This document shows, piece after piece, positions 14,161-26,911 of a DNA stretch of 64,000 bases. The DNA is from Scyliorhinus canicula (Eukaryota): contig NC_052155.1 in assembly GCF_902713615.1 (NCBI RefSeq), positions 122,971,031-123,035,030 on the forward strand. Direction: 5' to 3'. A program made the position numbers and the translations under genes. Under the pieces are notes generated by a model. That model did no database searches, was not told the origin of the DNA, and worked only from the letters and a program-made list of their open reading frames with translations. Every line of letters starts with the position of its first letter. The stretch's first letter is position 1.

Positions 14161-14699
14161 TCCGCGTCGGAGTCGAGGTTTGTAAGCAGCAAGTCACAAG
14201 ATGACTTCATGGGCAGAGGAGGGGTTTACTTTGAATGCCTATCCCTCAGTGATTGGATAAATGGGATTGAACAACTAATTGATGGGGGATACCCACCAAC
14301 CTGTAGAAATAAAGCAAATAAACAAGTGTCTGGGAGGGACTGACTTAGTCTATTTCGGACAGAAGGAAATCGAGTAAGAGCTGCATTTCAGCTTTGGTCA
14401 GCTCAGGAAGACTAGAAGCAGAAGGGGCTGCCACCACCAGCTGTAGAGATCAGCTTCAACCATCCATTTGTCTGATCCGGGTCCAGTAAACCATTCTAAG
14501 GAGGCTGTCGCCACCAGCCATGGAGATTAGCATCCTCTGCTTTTGCAATACATTTGGCCGATCTCAAACCAGTAAACCATTTTGACTCTGTTATGGGTCA
14601 TGTGTCCTTTATGCCAATTTAGCGTAATATTTAAACTGTTGCTTTTTAAATCACCTTTGAGTTTACACCTCCCACCCCTTTTCATTTTAAAAATACCCA

Positions 14700-15424
14700 G
14701 GGCGCGATTCTCCCAGAGGGGGAGAAATCGTAAGGCTGGCGTCAAATCCGGGCGGGTTTGACGCCAGCCCCCCCTCCCCGACCGGGAACCGATTCTGGTC
14801 CCCGGTCGGGGCTAGCATGCCGCCGCCGTAAACTCCGGCTTAACAAATTTCGTTAAGCCCGCTTGCCAGAGTTTGCGCCGGCTGACGCATCATATGACGT
14901 CAGCCGCACATGCGCGGATTGGACGACTCCAACCCGCGCATGCGCGGATGACATCATCGCGCATTTGCGCGAAACCCACGCATGCGCGGGCCGGGATGCC
15001 CCTCAGCCGCCCCGCGAAGTGATACAGCGGGGCGGCGGAGGGACAAAGAGTGCGCGGGCATCGGACCCGCTGCCCGCGATCAGTGCCCACCGATCGCGGG
15101 CCCATGGTACCCTTGGCACAGCCGTGGTACTGCTGTGCCAATCGGTGCCATGGTTTTAAAAATCGGGACTTTACGGCCGTTTTTACGAACGGCCAGACCA
15201 GGTGTGTTTGCCGTTCGTAAAAACAGCCGTAAAGGGCTGGGAACTCGGCCCATCGGACAGCTGAGAATCGCTGCTGGCCGTAAAAAAACGGCGGCAGCGA
15301 TTCGTATCGGGAGTCGGGCGTGGGGGGGGGGGAGAATAGCGGGAGGGCGTCGGACGAGCGTGGCCGTAAAATTTTACGAGCCACGCTATTCTCCGCACCG
15401 TCGTGAGTGCGGAGAATTGCGCCC
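14700..15424. mobile_element. PIF/Harbinger-type MITE, CpG-rich
   Basis: TIRs GGGCGCGATTCTCC / GGAGAATTGCGCCC, 3-bp TSD CCA on both sides, internal small hairpins. Confidence 0.85.
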
Positions 15425-15952
15425 CCAGTCTTTGGGTTTTGGCTGACAATTAACTGCAGTCACCAGCTTTGTAAATTTAAACACAATTAACTTTTATTAA
15501 TAACAGTAACTACAATTAAATAGGCAGCAAATACAATTAGTTTACTATTATATAGTTTCTAACCACCCCTCATTGACTCACCCCATCCTGTATATACACA
15601 CACACACACACACACCCATACAAGACAGACAAACACAGAGGGGAAAGAGGGGTGGAAATAATACTAAAAGTAAAAGTATAAGAGTCTCTGTTTCAGATAG
15701 ACATCTTCCAGTTAGATTCTTCCAGTCTAGGCCTCCAGTTGGGTGTCTTTGCTTTCCGTATGTAATGATTTTCACCGTCGACTCACCAGGGTCTCGAGAC
15801 TTCGCTGCAGACTCTGAAACAACAGGCAGGAAACATTTGGGAGAAAGAGCGGAGAGAGAACAACACACAGCTTCACCTCTCAACGTCCAGAAGCTTTCTG
15901 CTGGGTCCTCTGATAAAGCCCAACCTGGCAGAACCCAATCGCTGTCTGTTGC

Positions 15953-16132
15953 CATCCAGCAGAGGGCAGCAGAGCCGAGCTTATGATTGGCTGTTCCGGG
16001 GAGATTTGCAGACGTGCAGTGCAGTCAGCGTAAGTTGAAGGTGTACTTGCGCAAGTGACCTGAGGAGTTCGAGTGAAGGCAAGCATCCAGCAGAGGGCAG
16101 CAGAGCCGAGCTTCTGATTGGCTGTTCCGGGG
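15953..16132 (+). repeat. Direct repeat of about 49 bp, period 131 bp, immediately upstream of a SINE
   Basis: catccagcagagggcagcagagccgagctt(a/c)tgattggctgttccgggg at 15953 and 16084. Confidence 0.85.
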
Positions 16133-16140
16133 GAAAAAAA

Positions 16141-16490
16141 GGGGGCAGCACGGTAGCATGGTGGTTAGCGTAAATGCTTCACAGCTCCATGGTCCCAGGT
16201 TCAGTTCCCGGCTGGGTCACTGTCTGTGCGGAGTCTGCACGTCTTCCCCGTGTGTGCGTGGGTTTCCTCCGGGTGCACCGGTTTCCCCCCACAGTCGAAA
16301 GATGTGCGGGTTAGGTGGATTGGCCATGCTAAATTGCCCGTAGTGTCCTAAAACAAAATAAGGTTAAGGGAGGGGGGTTGTTGGGTTACGGGTATAAGGT
16401 GGATACGTGGGTTTGGGTAAGGTGATCATTGCTCGGCACAACATCAAGGGCCGAAGGGCCTGTTCTTTGCTGTACTGTTCTAAGTTCTAA
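16141..16490 (+). mobile_element. HE1-type V-SINE (gggccgaagggcctgttc tail)
   Basis: tRNA head, V-domain and CR1 tail ending in gttctaa repeats. Confidence 0.9.
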
Positions 16491-17379
16491 GAATATGGTC
16501 CCTGGAAAATCCACTGGTCACCAATCAACCAATTGAACTGAATCCCTCCAATCTCCCAGGTGCCATAAAGTCTGAGTTCTTCTAATCTAAATCTTCATAG
16601 CACAGTGTACCTATTTGCGACTTTTGAGTTCCTCACTTACCCTGCTCGACTTAAAGGTGCTTCTCGATTGAAGATCCATAAACAATAACAACAAAGTTAA
16701 ATAAATAAGGGAATAAACAAGAAAAGCCCTTACAGAGGCCATGTCCTCTTGTGAGCTTTCCATTTGTGTGTGACTTCAACAAGTGGTTGCCTTGGATTTG
16801 AAGGTATAGACCCAAGAAATATTTTCATCCTATATTTTGCTGGCTTGATTATAAGATTTTGTTTTTCTACAATAATATATAGAGGGATGGTACAGACAAA
16901 ATAATGAATAAATTGACAGAGACTGGACTTCGGTCACCATCAAACGTTCTGACTGATAATGGAGGTGAATGCTAGCGATAAGTTCAGAGATACATATGAA
17001 AACAAATATATCGTTTTGAATACAAAAACTGAGAGTGATTTCATCTTTCGCTTTCTGAAAGGATTCATGCTGTGATCGATGTAATGGTGCCAAACATTTT
17101 AGCTCATCAACTAGACTATAGACTGACAACAGCTCTGGCATGGGCAATTCTTGCAAAGGATTTACTACAGATGATTTAAGGATATAGTCTTCATCAATTA
17201 TTCTTCTGGGCGAAATCCCAAGTTACCTTCTGTGTTGTGTGATAGTCCTCCAGTTCTAGAAGTTCCTACAATTAGTTTATTGTTTCTGCACATTTGAATG
17301 GTTTACACACAGGGAGACAGGCTTTTATCACATTTTTTGAAATGACTCACTAACCGTGGTGGGTATCTGAAAAACCCAG

Positions 17380-18075
17380 ATCAGTGCAAGAAAATTTGAT
17401 TACTGCAAGCACCATTCAAAACATTTCACGCAAGCTTTTCCTCGGATGAAAGCAGCAGTAGATTCAAAACTGACAATACCCTTCCTGACCTGCTTCAATC
17501 CAAAGAAGATCTAACTTTGGGGGAGAGGATACAGATTTTCTGACAATCTGAGGTCTGTCAGCAAAATAGATCCTTATTAAGAGTGGAAGATATACAGCTC
17601 ATTAAACAACTAAATGTGAAAGACACTCCAGGGAAAAGAAGACCGTATGCAATTAAAACTCAGATGGCGGTAAACTAAACAGCTAAACACAGGCGTGAAC
17701 CATATCCTGCAAGCACAGCACAATGCTTCCCTGTAAATACTGGGACATTTGGGGAAATGTGCAGATCAAAAACCTCTAACGTACAGAGGATCACCAGGAA
17801 ATCTTTGCACAAAAATCCATCAACAAAGTAAAAGAGTCGCACCAAGATGAAGAAGAAGAACCTTTCCGAGGCAAGGTTAAAGATCCCAGATATGCTTTCT
17901 GGAATTCAAACTTATGCGTCAATGAGCACATAAATTTTTAATTAGGCACAGGAGCAAGTGTGGCAGTCCTGACCAATAGAGAACCGTGGCTAGCCAACCT
18001 TTGGCTGAGGACAACCAACACACCATTATAGGCCTGAGAGGGATCAAACTACCAGTTAAAGGCATGATTGTAGAA
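17380..18075 (+). mobile_element. Decayed Gypsy gag-protease fragment
   Basis: LPDLLQSKEDLTL gag-like segment and degenerate protease F*LGTGASVAV (from FKLDTGASV) near 17940. Confidence 0.55.
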
Positions 18076-18079
18076 CCAT

Positions 18080-18680
18080 TCCATCTTAGCTTTAACCTAT
18101 TTTCCTATTCCACTTTAGTCAACTCTGTTTTCTCACCCTTTTAGCTTTATTTATTTAGGTTTAAAGCACTAGTTTCAGATCCATGTTTCTCACCCTCAAA
18201 CAGAATATGAAATTCTCTCACCTAGAATATCCTTTGCTATGAGATCATTAATTAATTTTTACTCATTATATATTATCAGGTCTAACATAATCTTTTCCCT
18301 GGTTGTCTACAGGATGTATTATTTCAAGAGCCCGTTCTGAATATACTCTATGAACTCATCCTCTTTGCCAATATATTCGTCCAATCTATATGAAGATTAG
18401 TACTTCCCATAATTATTCAATACATTTTTTATAAGTGGCCTTTTATTTCTAGATTTATATTCCATCCTATAGTGTAGCTATAATGTCAGGGAGCCTATAA
18501 ATCACTCGCACCAGTGACTTCTTTCCTTTGCTATTTCATATCTCCACCCTTCTCCAAAGCACAATTATTTCTCACTACTGACCTCATCCTTTATTGCCAC
18601 CTCCTTCTCCTTCCTTCCTGCCCTCCTGAGATGTCAAGTATCCTTTAATATTTAGGACCAAGCCATGGCCACTTTATGAC
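18080..18680 (-). mobile_element. Decayed CR1 endonuclease fragment
   Basis: Aligns by eye to 46650-47230 of the long CR1. Confidence 0.65.
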
Positions 18681-18683
18681 CAT

Positions 18684-18837
18684 GGCCGGGATTCCCCGGG
18701 ATCACTTGTCAGTGAAGGGAATCCCAATGGTCCGGTGAATTGTGTGTCAGGCCAAAAACGTGAAACCCGTTGGGAGTCTCCCAGCCAGCCCTGCCGATCC
18801 CACTACCGGACCTATCCTAGCACGGGGGAATTCTGCC
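18684..18837. mobile_element. Harbinger-type MITE
   Basis: GGCCGGGATTCCCC ... GGGGAATTCTGCC termini. Confidence 0.55.
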
Positions 18838-19458
18838 TCTGGTATTTCTGACAGATGAGTAAAAGGTCTTTAGCTTGTTAAGTTCAGAAAGTAAAAAGGG
18901 TCGTTGAGCGTACTCTGGCTGCTGAAGCACAGGCACTAAATTTGAGATTCTATTTGTCAAATATTTGAAGTAATATTCTGTAAAACGGGCACACTGAAGA
19001 TCCATTGAATGCTGTGTAGATAATTGTTCATTATGGGATAATGTACACTCTGCAAAATGTAAGTGAGAAAAGGTTACAGTTTGATCTTGCTAACTTTAAA
19101 CAAATGCTGGAGAGAACTGATTTTGTTTTTAATTTTTGATTGTACCATAGAAAGTCTAATTTTAATTAAAATCCATTGATTGTATATGAATTGAACATTT
19201 GATTGTATTCAGCCTTTGGTGATTAACTGGGAATTCACTTGTGTTCCTTTTTTCAGGATCAGATTATTGAAACTGTGGTGGTTGGGTTTGGAGGTGCATG
19301 TTTGTGATATACGTCTCTGTAAATAACAATTTAGAAGTGCATAAAGGTTAGACGCCAGTTGTACTCACCACCTGATTATCATGAATTGAACAGCACCCTC
19401 TACTGTCTCAGCTCTGCAACAGAATAGTCCTATAACAGGCTGGCCCTGATAATACCTT

Positions 19459-19621
19459 GGATGGGTTTCTCCGTCCTGTCGCACCAGATTTCTGGTTCAG
19501 CACGCCGGCGGGATGCTCCGGGCTAGTCAATGGGGTTTCCCATTGTGGGGCAGCCCACGCCGTCGGGAATCCCCCGGGCTGCCGGCAAAACGGAGCATCC
19601 ATTCGGTGGAGAATTCAGCCC
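19459..19621 (-). mobile_element. Harbinger-type short MITE (unexpanded relative of the 42058 element)
   Basis: Its reverse complement is colinear with 42058-42230. TIRs GGATGGGTTTCTCC / GGAGAATTCAGCCC. Confidence 0.8.
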
Positions 19622-20440
19622 CCTGTTTTTATTGGAAAGAGAATTTGAACAACCACATTCATTTTCTGCTCCAGGTTGTGAGGTTTAGGTAATCTTTCCA
19701 AAACTCTGTACACTTTTAAATAAGGGGGAACTTTATTACTTGTGTATGCTAATTAGATTTATATCTAAGTCCGCACTGTATATCACTCTATGCTTGTTAT
19801 CCCGACTGATCTTATAGGTGGTAGAGAGTCTTACAGAGAAACTTAACACCTCCCAAACTGACAGTGAGGAAAGGAAACTTATTTTGTTAAAAATAGTAGA
19901 TGTTTATCAGTGCAGTACTGCAGGATGAAGCTAGATTATTAAACATAGAACAGAACCTCTCTAATTGTAGAGCAAAATATCCATAGAAATTAGCTTTATA
20001 TAACCATTAGGCTAGAAACAGGAGAGAATGGCTACTGAAGCCCCTCATCATAAATTTGGCATTATGGGCCCTTTCATTTTGCAAAGCTTTATGACCTGTT
20101 GGGTGCATCCTTTTATGGAATGAAAAATTGATCCTGCAAACTTTGGTATCAAAACTCATCTCCACTAGCATTGAAACTGAATGTTGAAGAGGGTGAGGTA
20201 GTTTCCAAGCTACCAGATGAACCCACCAAATTCAGACCAGCTCTTACCTGATGTAATCTGCACACAGGTTTCACACTCCCAGCCTATCAAAATTTGACTT
20301 CAGTGAAGAAAGGTGGTGATTTAAATGGCCAGCTGCCTCCATAAACTGTGCATGTGTGAATATCACAGCCTGATTCCGAACCCATCCATATTTTTGCCAC
20401 AATGAGGAGGGCCTGGGTCTTCACTTTTTTTTTAGATATT

Positions 20441-20636
20441 GGGCACGATTTTCCGGCTGTTCACACCAGCGGGATCTTCCGGTCCCACTAACGGTGCACC
20501 CCCACTCTGGGTTTCCCGTTGGCATGGGGTTGATTCAATGCAAAATCCCATTAAAAGCGGCAAGACCAGCTGGCCAATGGTGAGCTGCCCCCCGTTGCCA
20601 AGAAACACGCCATGATGAGGTCATAATATCTCACCC
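20441..20636. mobile_element. Harbinger-type short MITE
   Basis: GGGCACGATTTTCC start, shared family core, degenerate CCC end. Confidence 0.6.
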
Positions 20637-20701
20637 AGTATTGATTATAAAGTGACAATTTCAGTTGAAGTATCCTGCCTAAGTTGATTTTAAATAAATA
20701 T

Positions 20702-21030
20702 GGGGTGGCATGGTGACACAGTGGTTAGCACTGCTGCATCAAAGCGCCAGGGACCTAGGTTCAATTCTGGCCTTGGGAGACTGTGTGGAATTTGAACTTT
20801 CTCCCCGTGTCTGTGTAGATTTCCTCCAAGTGCTCCGGTTTCCTCCCACAGTCCAAAGATGTACAGGTTAGGTGGATTGGTCATGCTAAATTACCCCTTA
20901 GTATCCAAAACGTTTAGGTGGATTTACAGCTATAGGGCGGGCGAATGGGACTAGGTAGGACGCTCTTTCAGTGGGTCGGTGTAGACATAATGGGCTGAAT
21001 GGCCTCCTTCTGCACTGTAGGGATTCTGTG
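20702..21030 (+). mobile_element. HE1-type V-SINE
   Basis: tRNA head, V-domain and ggcctccttctgcactgtag tail. Confidence 0.88.
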
Positions 21031-21144
21031 ATTGTATGATAAGCATGAGATATTTCCCTATATCAATGTTTAAGTGACATGTAGTACAAAAGCTCTTAAT
21101 GAACCAAATCTTAAGTCTGTTACAGTTGTCATAACAGGAGGAAG

Positions 21145-21443
21145 GCTGTATTGCAGTAGTGTTTTTGCGAGCCCTTAGTTCAGAGACCCAGGGTAATTCT
21201 CTGAACATCTTCAAATGCAACCACAGCAGATGGTGGAATTTGAAATAAACTGGTATTAAAAATCTAATGATGACCGTGAAACCATTGTTGATTCACAAAT
21301 GTCCCTTTACAGAAGGAAATCGGCCATCCTATCTGGTCTGACTTTCATGTGCATTCAGATCCACAGCAGAGGGCAATCAAGAATGGCAATAAATGCTGGC
21401 CCAGCTAGCGCTGCCCACATTCCATGAATGAATTTTTAAAAAG
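21145..21443 (+). mobile_element. tRNA-derived SINE sharing its 3' tail with the LINE at 2410
   Basis: Tail ggcaataaatgctggcccagc..cccacattccatgaatgaatttttaaaaa matches the reverse complement of 2410-2470. A second copy is at 24925. Confidence 0.7.
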
Positions 21444-21517
21444 CCACATATGTAATTCTGATATACAATTGTATTTTAGTCTGTCCTTTCTAACTGAGTT
21501 CCATTGTGTTTAACCAT

Positions 21518-21680
21518 GGGCGGGATTCTCCGGGCCCCCAGCAGCGTATTTCTTAGCGGCGTGCTGTTTTTGGTGGCGTGATTCTATCTTCCCACCGCTC
21601 GACAATGGGATTTCCCATTTAAGCCACCCCACACCACCAGGAAACACGCGGGAATCCCAACGGCCGGAGAATTCCAGCCC
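21518..21680. mobile_element. Harbinger-type short MITE, 80 bp upstream of the exon 2 acceptor
   Basis: TIRs GGGCGGGATTCTCCGG / CCGGAGAATTCCAGCCC with cat flanks. Confidence 0.8.
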
Positions 21681-21760
21681 ATTTAACTTCTGCCAGCCAT
21701 CTATGTAACATTATGTACAGAAACCGCAAAGTAATCATGACTGCTTTTGTTTTCTTGCAG

Positions 21761-21856
21761 CATACAAGGAGAAAATGAAGGAGCTCTCTATGCTCTCTCT
21801 GATATGTTCCTGCTTCTACTCTGAACCACATGCTGCCACATTCTATAACTATGATG
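21761..21856 (+). CDS. STMN2: Neuronal stathmin (STMN2/SCG10-like) coding exon 2, membrane-targeting N-terminal domain
   Basis: ttttcttgcag|CATACAAG...GATG|gtgagt, 96 nt. Translates (A)YKEKMKELSMLSLICSCFYSEPHAATFYNYD, containing the palmitoylated ICSCFY motif of STMN2/3. Phase-1 boundaries join exon 3 in frame. The paralog assignment is less certain than the exon. Confidence 0.93.
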
Positions 21857-22380
21857 GTGAGTCTTTCTTCATGATTTGAAATCTCTAGTTTGATCAATGT
21901 AACAGGAAGCGGTTACTCCTAACAGCTATAAAGAGATGACTGAGCCAATTACAGTAACATGCATTTTATGTTTCTAACGATAGTTCAGATGGAGCCATTT
22001 TGACTTCCTTTAAAGTTATTGTTCCTCTGCTAATTAACTTGCTCTCAGAAGTAATCATTCAGTAAAGATAACAACATTCCTAAAAAGAGCACTTTCTCTT
22101 GTCAGTATAATAATGTGATAAAGCCTGGAAAATGTTATTGTGTAAGGTAAATATGCACATTAAAGTCAACTAAATTGTATAAAAATAAAATGGGCTCATT
22201 AGGACAAGGTAAGAAATAAATTGATGTTTCGCTTAATTCAGAAGGTGACATTTTGTTGGCTGCTATTCATTATGGCTGTGCTCGGGAATCATCAGGGCCT
22301 ATTTTTTCTAAGCGTTAGCAGTTGATGCAAAATAATTATTGTGAAATGCACATGTTTACGTTACATTAAATATTCTTCAG

Positions 22381-22556
22381 ACATGCAAGTTAAACAAATC
22401 AACAAGCGTGCCTCGGGTCAGTCCTTTGAGGTGATCTTAAAGCCGCCTTCTCCAGAAGCAGCGCCAGCACTGGATCGCCCTCTGTCACCTCCAAAGAAGG
22501 ATCTCTCTTTGGATGAGATCCAGAAGAAGCTTGAGGCTGCTGAAGACAGGAGGAAG
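22381..22556 (+). CDS. STMN2: Stathmin exon 3 (regulatory phospho-domain)
   Basis: ttcttcag|ACATGCAA...AGGAAG|gtaaaa, 176 nt. Translates (D)[58 protein letters not shown], with RAS, PPSP and LSP phospho-sites. Confidence 0.95.
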
Positions 22557-24924
22557 GTAAAAAAAAATAATGCTTTGGATCAGAGCAAATACAATTCAAC
22601 TTGCAAAACAAAATGAAGGGCCTCTTTTGGTGACTGCATGTAGCCGTACGATTGAGAATTCAATCCCTAGTCTGTGCGGGGTTAGTTTATCCCGGCCAGC
22701 TAGCAATGTGGTTGTTGCAATTGCCCGTATACATATGTGGATGTCAGGATGTGCATGACCTAACATGATTCCCATGCTTGAAAGTTCACCAATGCCCACT
22801 ATCCAGATTCCAAAATGACTATTTGAGTGAGATATAGGACAACCATTGGAAATTTGAAACAGTCTCTATACTGAGGTTGTGCCTTCAGGAGAATGGGGAG
22901 AGGGAAGTAAGGATTTAAGAAAAATGATATTTTGTGTTAACTCAAATTCAAATTTAATCATATAACTTAGCAAGAGCCACCAATCAGGAACAATCAGACT
23001 CTATATTTAATCTATAAAGTCTACAGAATTCATTTAAATCTCATGATTCAGGTACTGAAAGACAAGTTGAAAGACAGTGTGCTGTGTATAAAGCAAGCCT
23101 GTACCAATTGCACACCTTCCAGTTGATGACTGCCACCTATAGTACTTTCAGTTTGTCATTTAAATCTTCATTAAAATGTTAATATTCAATTCCTTTTGGT
23201 GCTTAAGGCTGCTCAGTCAAATGCAACTTTAACACAACAAAGGGGAAAAATCCTGAGTCTCGGTAAAATGAGTTCTCAACCGATCTGAGCTTGCCTTTAA
23301 CTGTACCCATAATCTATTTATGAAGATATCAGGTCCATTCATCATTGAATGATGTTTACGATCATAGTGAATTTAGGAAGAAAAATGCCAGTTGCCATTG
23401 TGCATCAATATATAACACAGTTTTGGGAATCACATTGCATATCATAGTTCCAGATTAATGTTTTGACTGAGAGATATGCGTTATTAGACCATGCATCACA
23501 CATAATGAAAAAAATGAAACAAAGTCATAAATTAAAGTTTGGCGCTGAAGGTCCAATGCAGTAACAAGAAAGGGCCTGTGCTACACAGCCATGATTCTCA
23601 ATGCTTTATTTGTTTTGATAGCAAAGCAATGCTTTTATATTCCCAAAGTGAGGCGGCCAAACGTTCAATATTTCTATGTAATATTTAATGCCAGCTCATT
23701 GTTAATTAAAATCATAAATCAATTTTTTTTCAAAGAAGTCAAAATGGCAACAATTTTGATGCAAGCCATCAAGGACAGTAGAATGCTATTGAAGCCAATA
23801 TTCAATTTACCTATTGTAGCGCTATTGTAAAATGGACCTCCTTATTCCAAACTCCATGAAACATACAATCAGGCAAGGTAAAAAAAAAACAGGCATCTGA
23901 CTGAAACTCTCCCTGGTTCCACTGGGTTGGTTAGATTTAAACTACCCTGTAGATGTCTTGAGTGAAGCTGCACAATTTGTACCAATTACTGCCAAATCCA
24001 ACATGGTTTCTGCTGTGTATCTGTGTTTCCCATGTTGCTATCCAAAATAATTTTACTTTGAAGACTTACTGATAAGAAAAATGCGCAAGGTCCTTTTTAT
24101 TCATCTATGTGCCTGAATAATGAGTTTTGGAAGTAAACTCGATAATGGGGGCATTGCCAACTATTTCTATCTTGTTCTTCCCTCTTCCTTGAGGACCTTG
24201 TTTCCAGCGGTCAAGACGATTCTCCTCAGGCCAAAGAAGATGAGACCAATTCATATCCTGACTCCTTCACAACATGTTTGTCATAATTATCTCTTTAATG
24301 CAAAACATAAACACTTTATTTGCAACATATCCCTCACTATAACATGGTTTTGGCTCCGTTCCTCCTACCCTGAATCCCATGTCATGTACAATTTAATTTA
24401 TTTTTGCTCAGCCAGTTGTCTGAAATATGCAGAATTATATTAACCTTCAGGAAGGTTTCTAAAACAAATTTCTGAGAATTTCACATCGACAGTGTTTTCA
24501 CTTGCTTGATTTGTATCCATAAAAAGAAGCTGTGCACCAAATGTTAAGTAGGATGAATAGCACACTGGTAGAACATTACAGCTTCAATACCTTATTAGGT
24601 TAGGTTCACAATGTTTTGTTCCAATTTGGCACATTAGGTAAGTACATGTTTAATGACTGCTTTTGTCATAATTAGCCTTCATGAATACTTGAAAATAAAT
24701 AGATTCGACCATTGGGAATATGACGCTACATTTATTATGTAAGTGACGAGAAATCGGCAGCTACACACATGCTGCCATATTTTGCCAGTCTGACTAACTT
24801 TAAGTTTCAGTGATTGAAGGTTAGCATATTGTTCATAAGAATGCAGAGGGTGCTCAATGTGACACATAGTTAATAAGGATTCTATACCCCCTCATTGTAT
24901 CATAATGTTTATCATGAAACAGTT

Positions 24925-25280
24925 CTGGGAGGTGGTGATGTCGCACGATTGATGGACTAGTAAACCAGAGACCCATGCTGATGCTCTGGGGAGTATAGGT
25001 TTTGAATCCCACCACTGCAGGTGGTGGAATTTGAATTCAAAAAAAAATTTGGAATTAAAATCTCATGATGACCATGAAACCATTGTCGTCAAAACCCATC
25101 TGGTTGACTAATATCCTTTAGGGAAGGAAATCTGCCATCCTTACCTGGTCTGGCTGCATGTTACCCCCTGACACACAGCTGACTCTTAAATGCCCTCTCA
25201 AGGGCAAAGGGAAATTAGGGATGGGCAATAAATTCTGGCCTAGGTCAGCGATATCCACATTCCATAACTTAATTTAAAAC
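24925..25280 (+). mobile_element. tRNA-derived SINE (same family as 21145)
   Basis: Shared core gaaaccattgtcg...ggaaggaaatctgccatcc and the same 3' tail. Confidence 0.7.
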
Positions 25281-25744
25281 AGTTCCCACCCATCCCAACC
25301 CCCCCCCCCCCCCCCCCTTCCCCATTAACCTGCTAATTCTACTTACATGAGGAACACCACAGGAGATCGACTAGTCTTAGAGAACCAGAATGTTTGGGTA
25401 TTCCTACTGACAAACTATCAATTCGACAGCATTACAACTTGCATCAGATGCCCCAAACACCATGTGACACAAATTAGGTAGAAAATAAAGTTCCCTCTCT
25501 TCAATTCTGCTTCGTCAAGTACTTCCATGTCAAAGCTAGCATTAGTAAAATATAGCATATAGGGAATGTACCCCCAGTCGATGGTTTTCCTCTCCGGAGC
25601 AATGAAGTAAAAGCTGGCTTATAATTTCCCAATTTTCCCTGGCTTCTTTTTTGAAGAGAGTATTAAATGTAATGGTGTTTCTGCTGTTTTTCTAGAGTTC
25701 CCCGCTTCATCCAGATAAAGAATCCCTGGGGAAATTCACCCCCA

Positions 25745-26230
25745 GTATTTATTTAGTTTTACTGCTACTGCCCTCACTCTCTGTTACAACTTTCCCACTT
25801 TATTTTTAACAGTCCTAGCTTTATCTTGACCACTCTTTTATTATTAATGTTCCTATAAAGGGCAGTTTTATTGTCCTCTAGGTTTTTCTCTGTCTTTAGA
25901 GATTTCCTTTTTACAGTTTCATATACTTCATCCTTCCTGCCATTTTATTACCCAATAAGCATCTTACTCACCAGCCCCTTCACCACATTCCTTTTCATTT
26001 CTTGTTTGAATAATCTTGATTTTCACTCTTTCCAGTTGCTCTTTTAGATACCTCATTTTGCTGCCCTGTTTACCAATTTTCCTACCCTCTAATCTGAGGA
26101 AGGTTATTTTTTAATTGCTGTATAATTTGCTTTTTACAAATCAAAGTCTTTGACATTTTATTTTTCTGTTCTCACAAAGAATCTAATTATATTGTAATCA
26201 CTGCATCCCAAGGGATGAAATGGTGTATTT
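25745..26230 (-). mobile_element. Decayed CR1 ORF2 fragment
   Basis: Degenerate similarity to 46200-46450. Confidence 0.45.
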
Positions 26231-26719
26231 TGATTTAAAAAGATCTCTCATCATGCTGCCTTCATAAAATGGTGATAAAGATTTTTGCCAAACACCTTTC
26301 TTTAATGAGCATGTAATTATGTTGAATCCGTTTACTTGGGGGTGGATTTGCTCGTTTATTACTTTCTGTTTTTGCTTATTTTTAAGAGAACAGTTGTTGT
26401 ATTGAGACTTCTTTTGCTTGCTGCATTTTTCCAAATAAATGTGGCAACATCTCTATGATAGTGTCCTGCACTTACTATTAACTGTTGAAATTAACACTGT
26501 TTCATCTGTACACTTATGTTTCTGCAAAATAAAGCTATATAATCAGAATACTTAATAAATCGCTCACTCAGTGAATCACAGCACACAGAAGATGGGTGTG
26601 ATCATTTTAAAAGGAAAGTAGAATTTTGGCACTTTGCAGTATCGTTTCAATCACATGCACACATGCGCAAGCGATCAAACAGAGTGGCTATATTTTTGTA
26701 TCTTTTCTGTTGTCTGCAG

Positions 26720-26911
26720 TCCCAGGAGGCCCAGGTTCTTAAGCAGCTTGCAGAAAAGAGAGAGCATGAGCGAGAGGTCTTGCAAAAGGCCTTGGAAGAG
26801 AATAATAATTTCAGCAGGACTGCAGAGGAAAAACTGATCATAAAGATGGAACTGAACAAGGAAAACCGCGAGGCTCATTTAGCTGCTCTTATGGAACGTC
26901 TCCGCGAGAGG
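26720..26911 (+). CDS. STMN2: Stathmin exon 4 (tubulin-binding helix)
   Basis: tgtctgcag|TCCCAG...GAGAGG|gtaaat, 192 nt, phase 0. Translates [64 protein letters not shown]. Confidence 0.95.

Noticed and set aside
15590-15620. Dinucleotide repeat as a TDP-43 site or cryptic-exon analogue
   Set aside because: It is (CA)n on the transcribed strand rather than (UG)n, and it lies within a repeat.
1-21760. Stathmin exon 1 (short ATG exon, MAKTAM/MASTIS-like) and promoter
   Set aside because: No convincing 19-nt coding segment with a phase-1 donor was found. It is probably upstream of the window.
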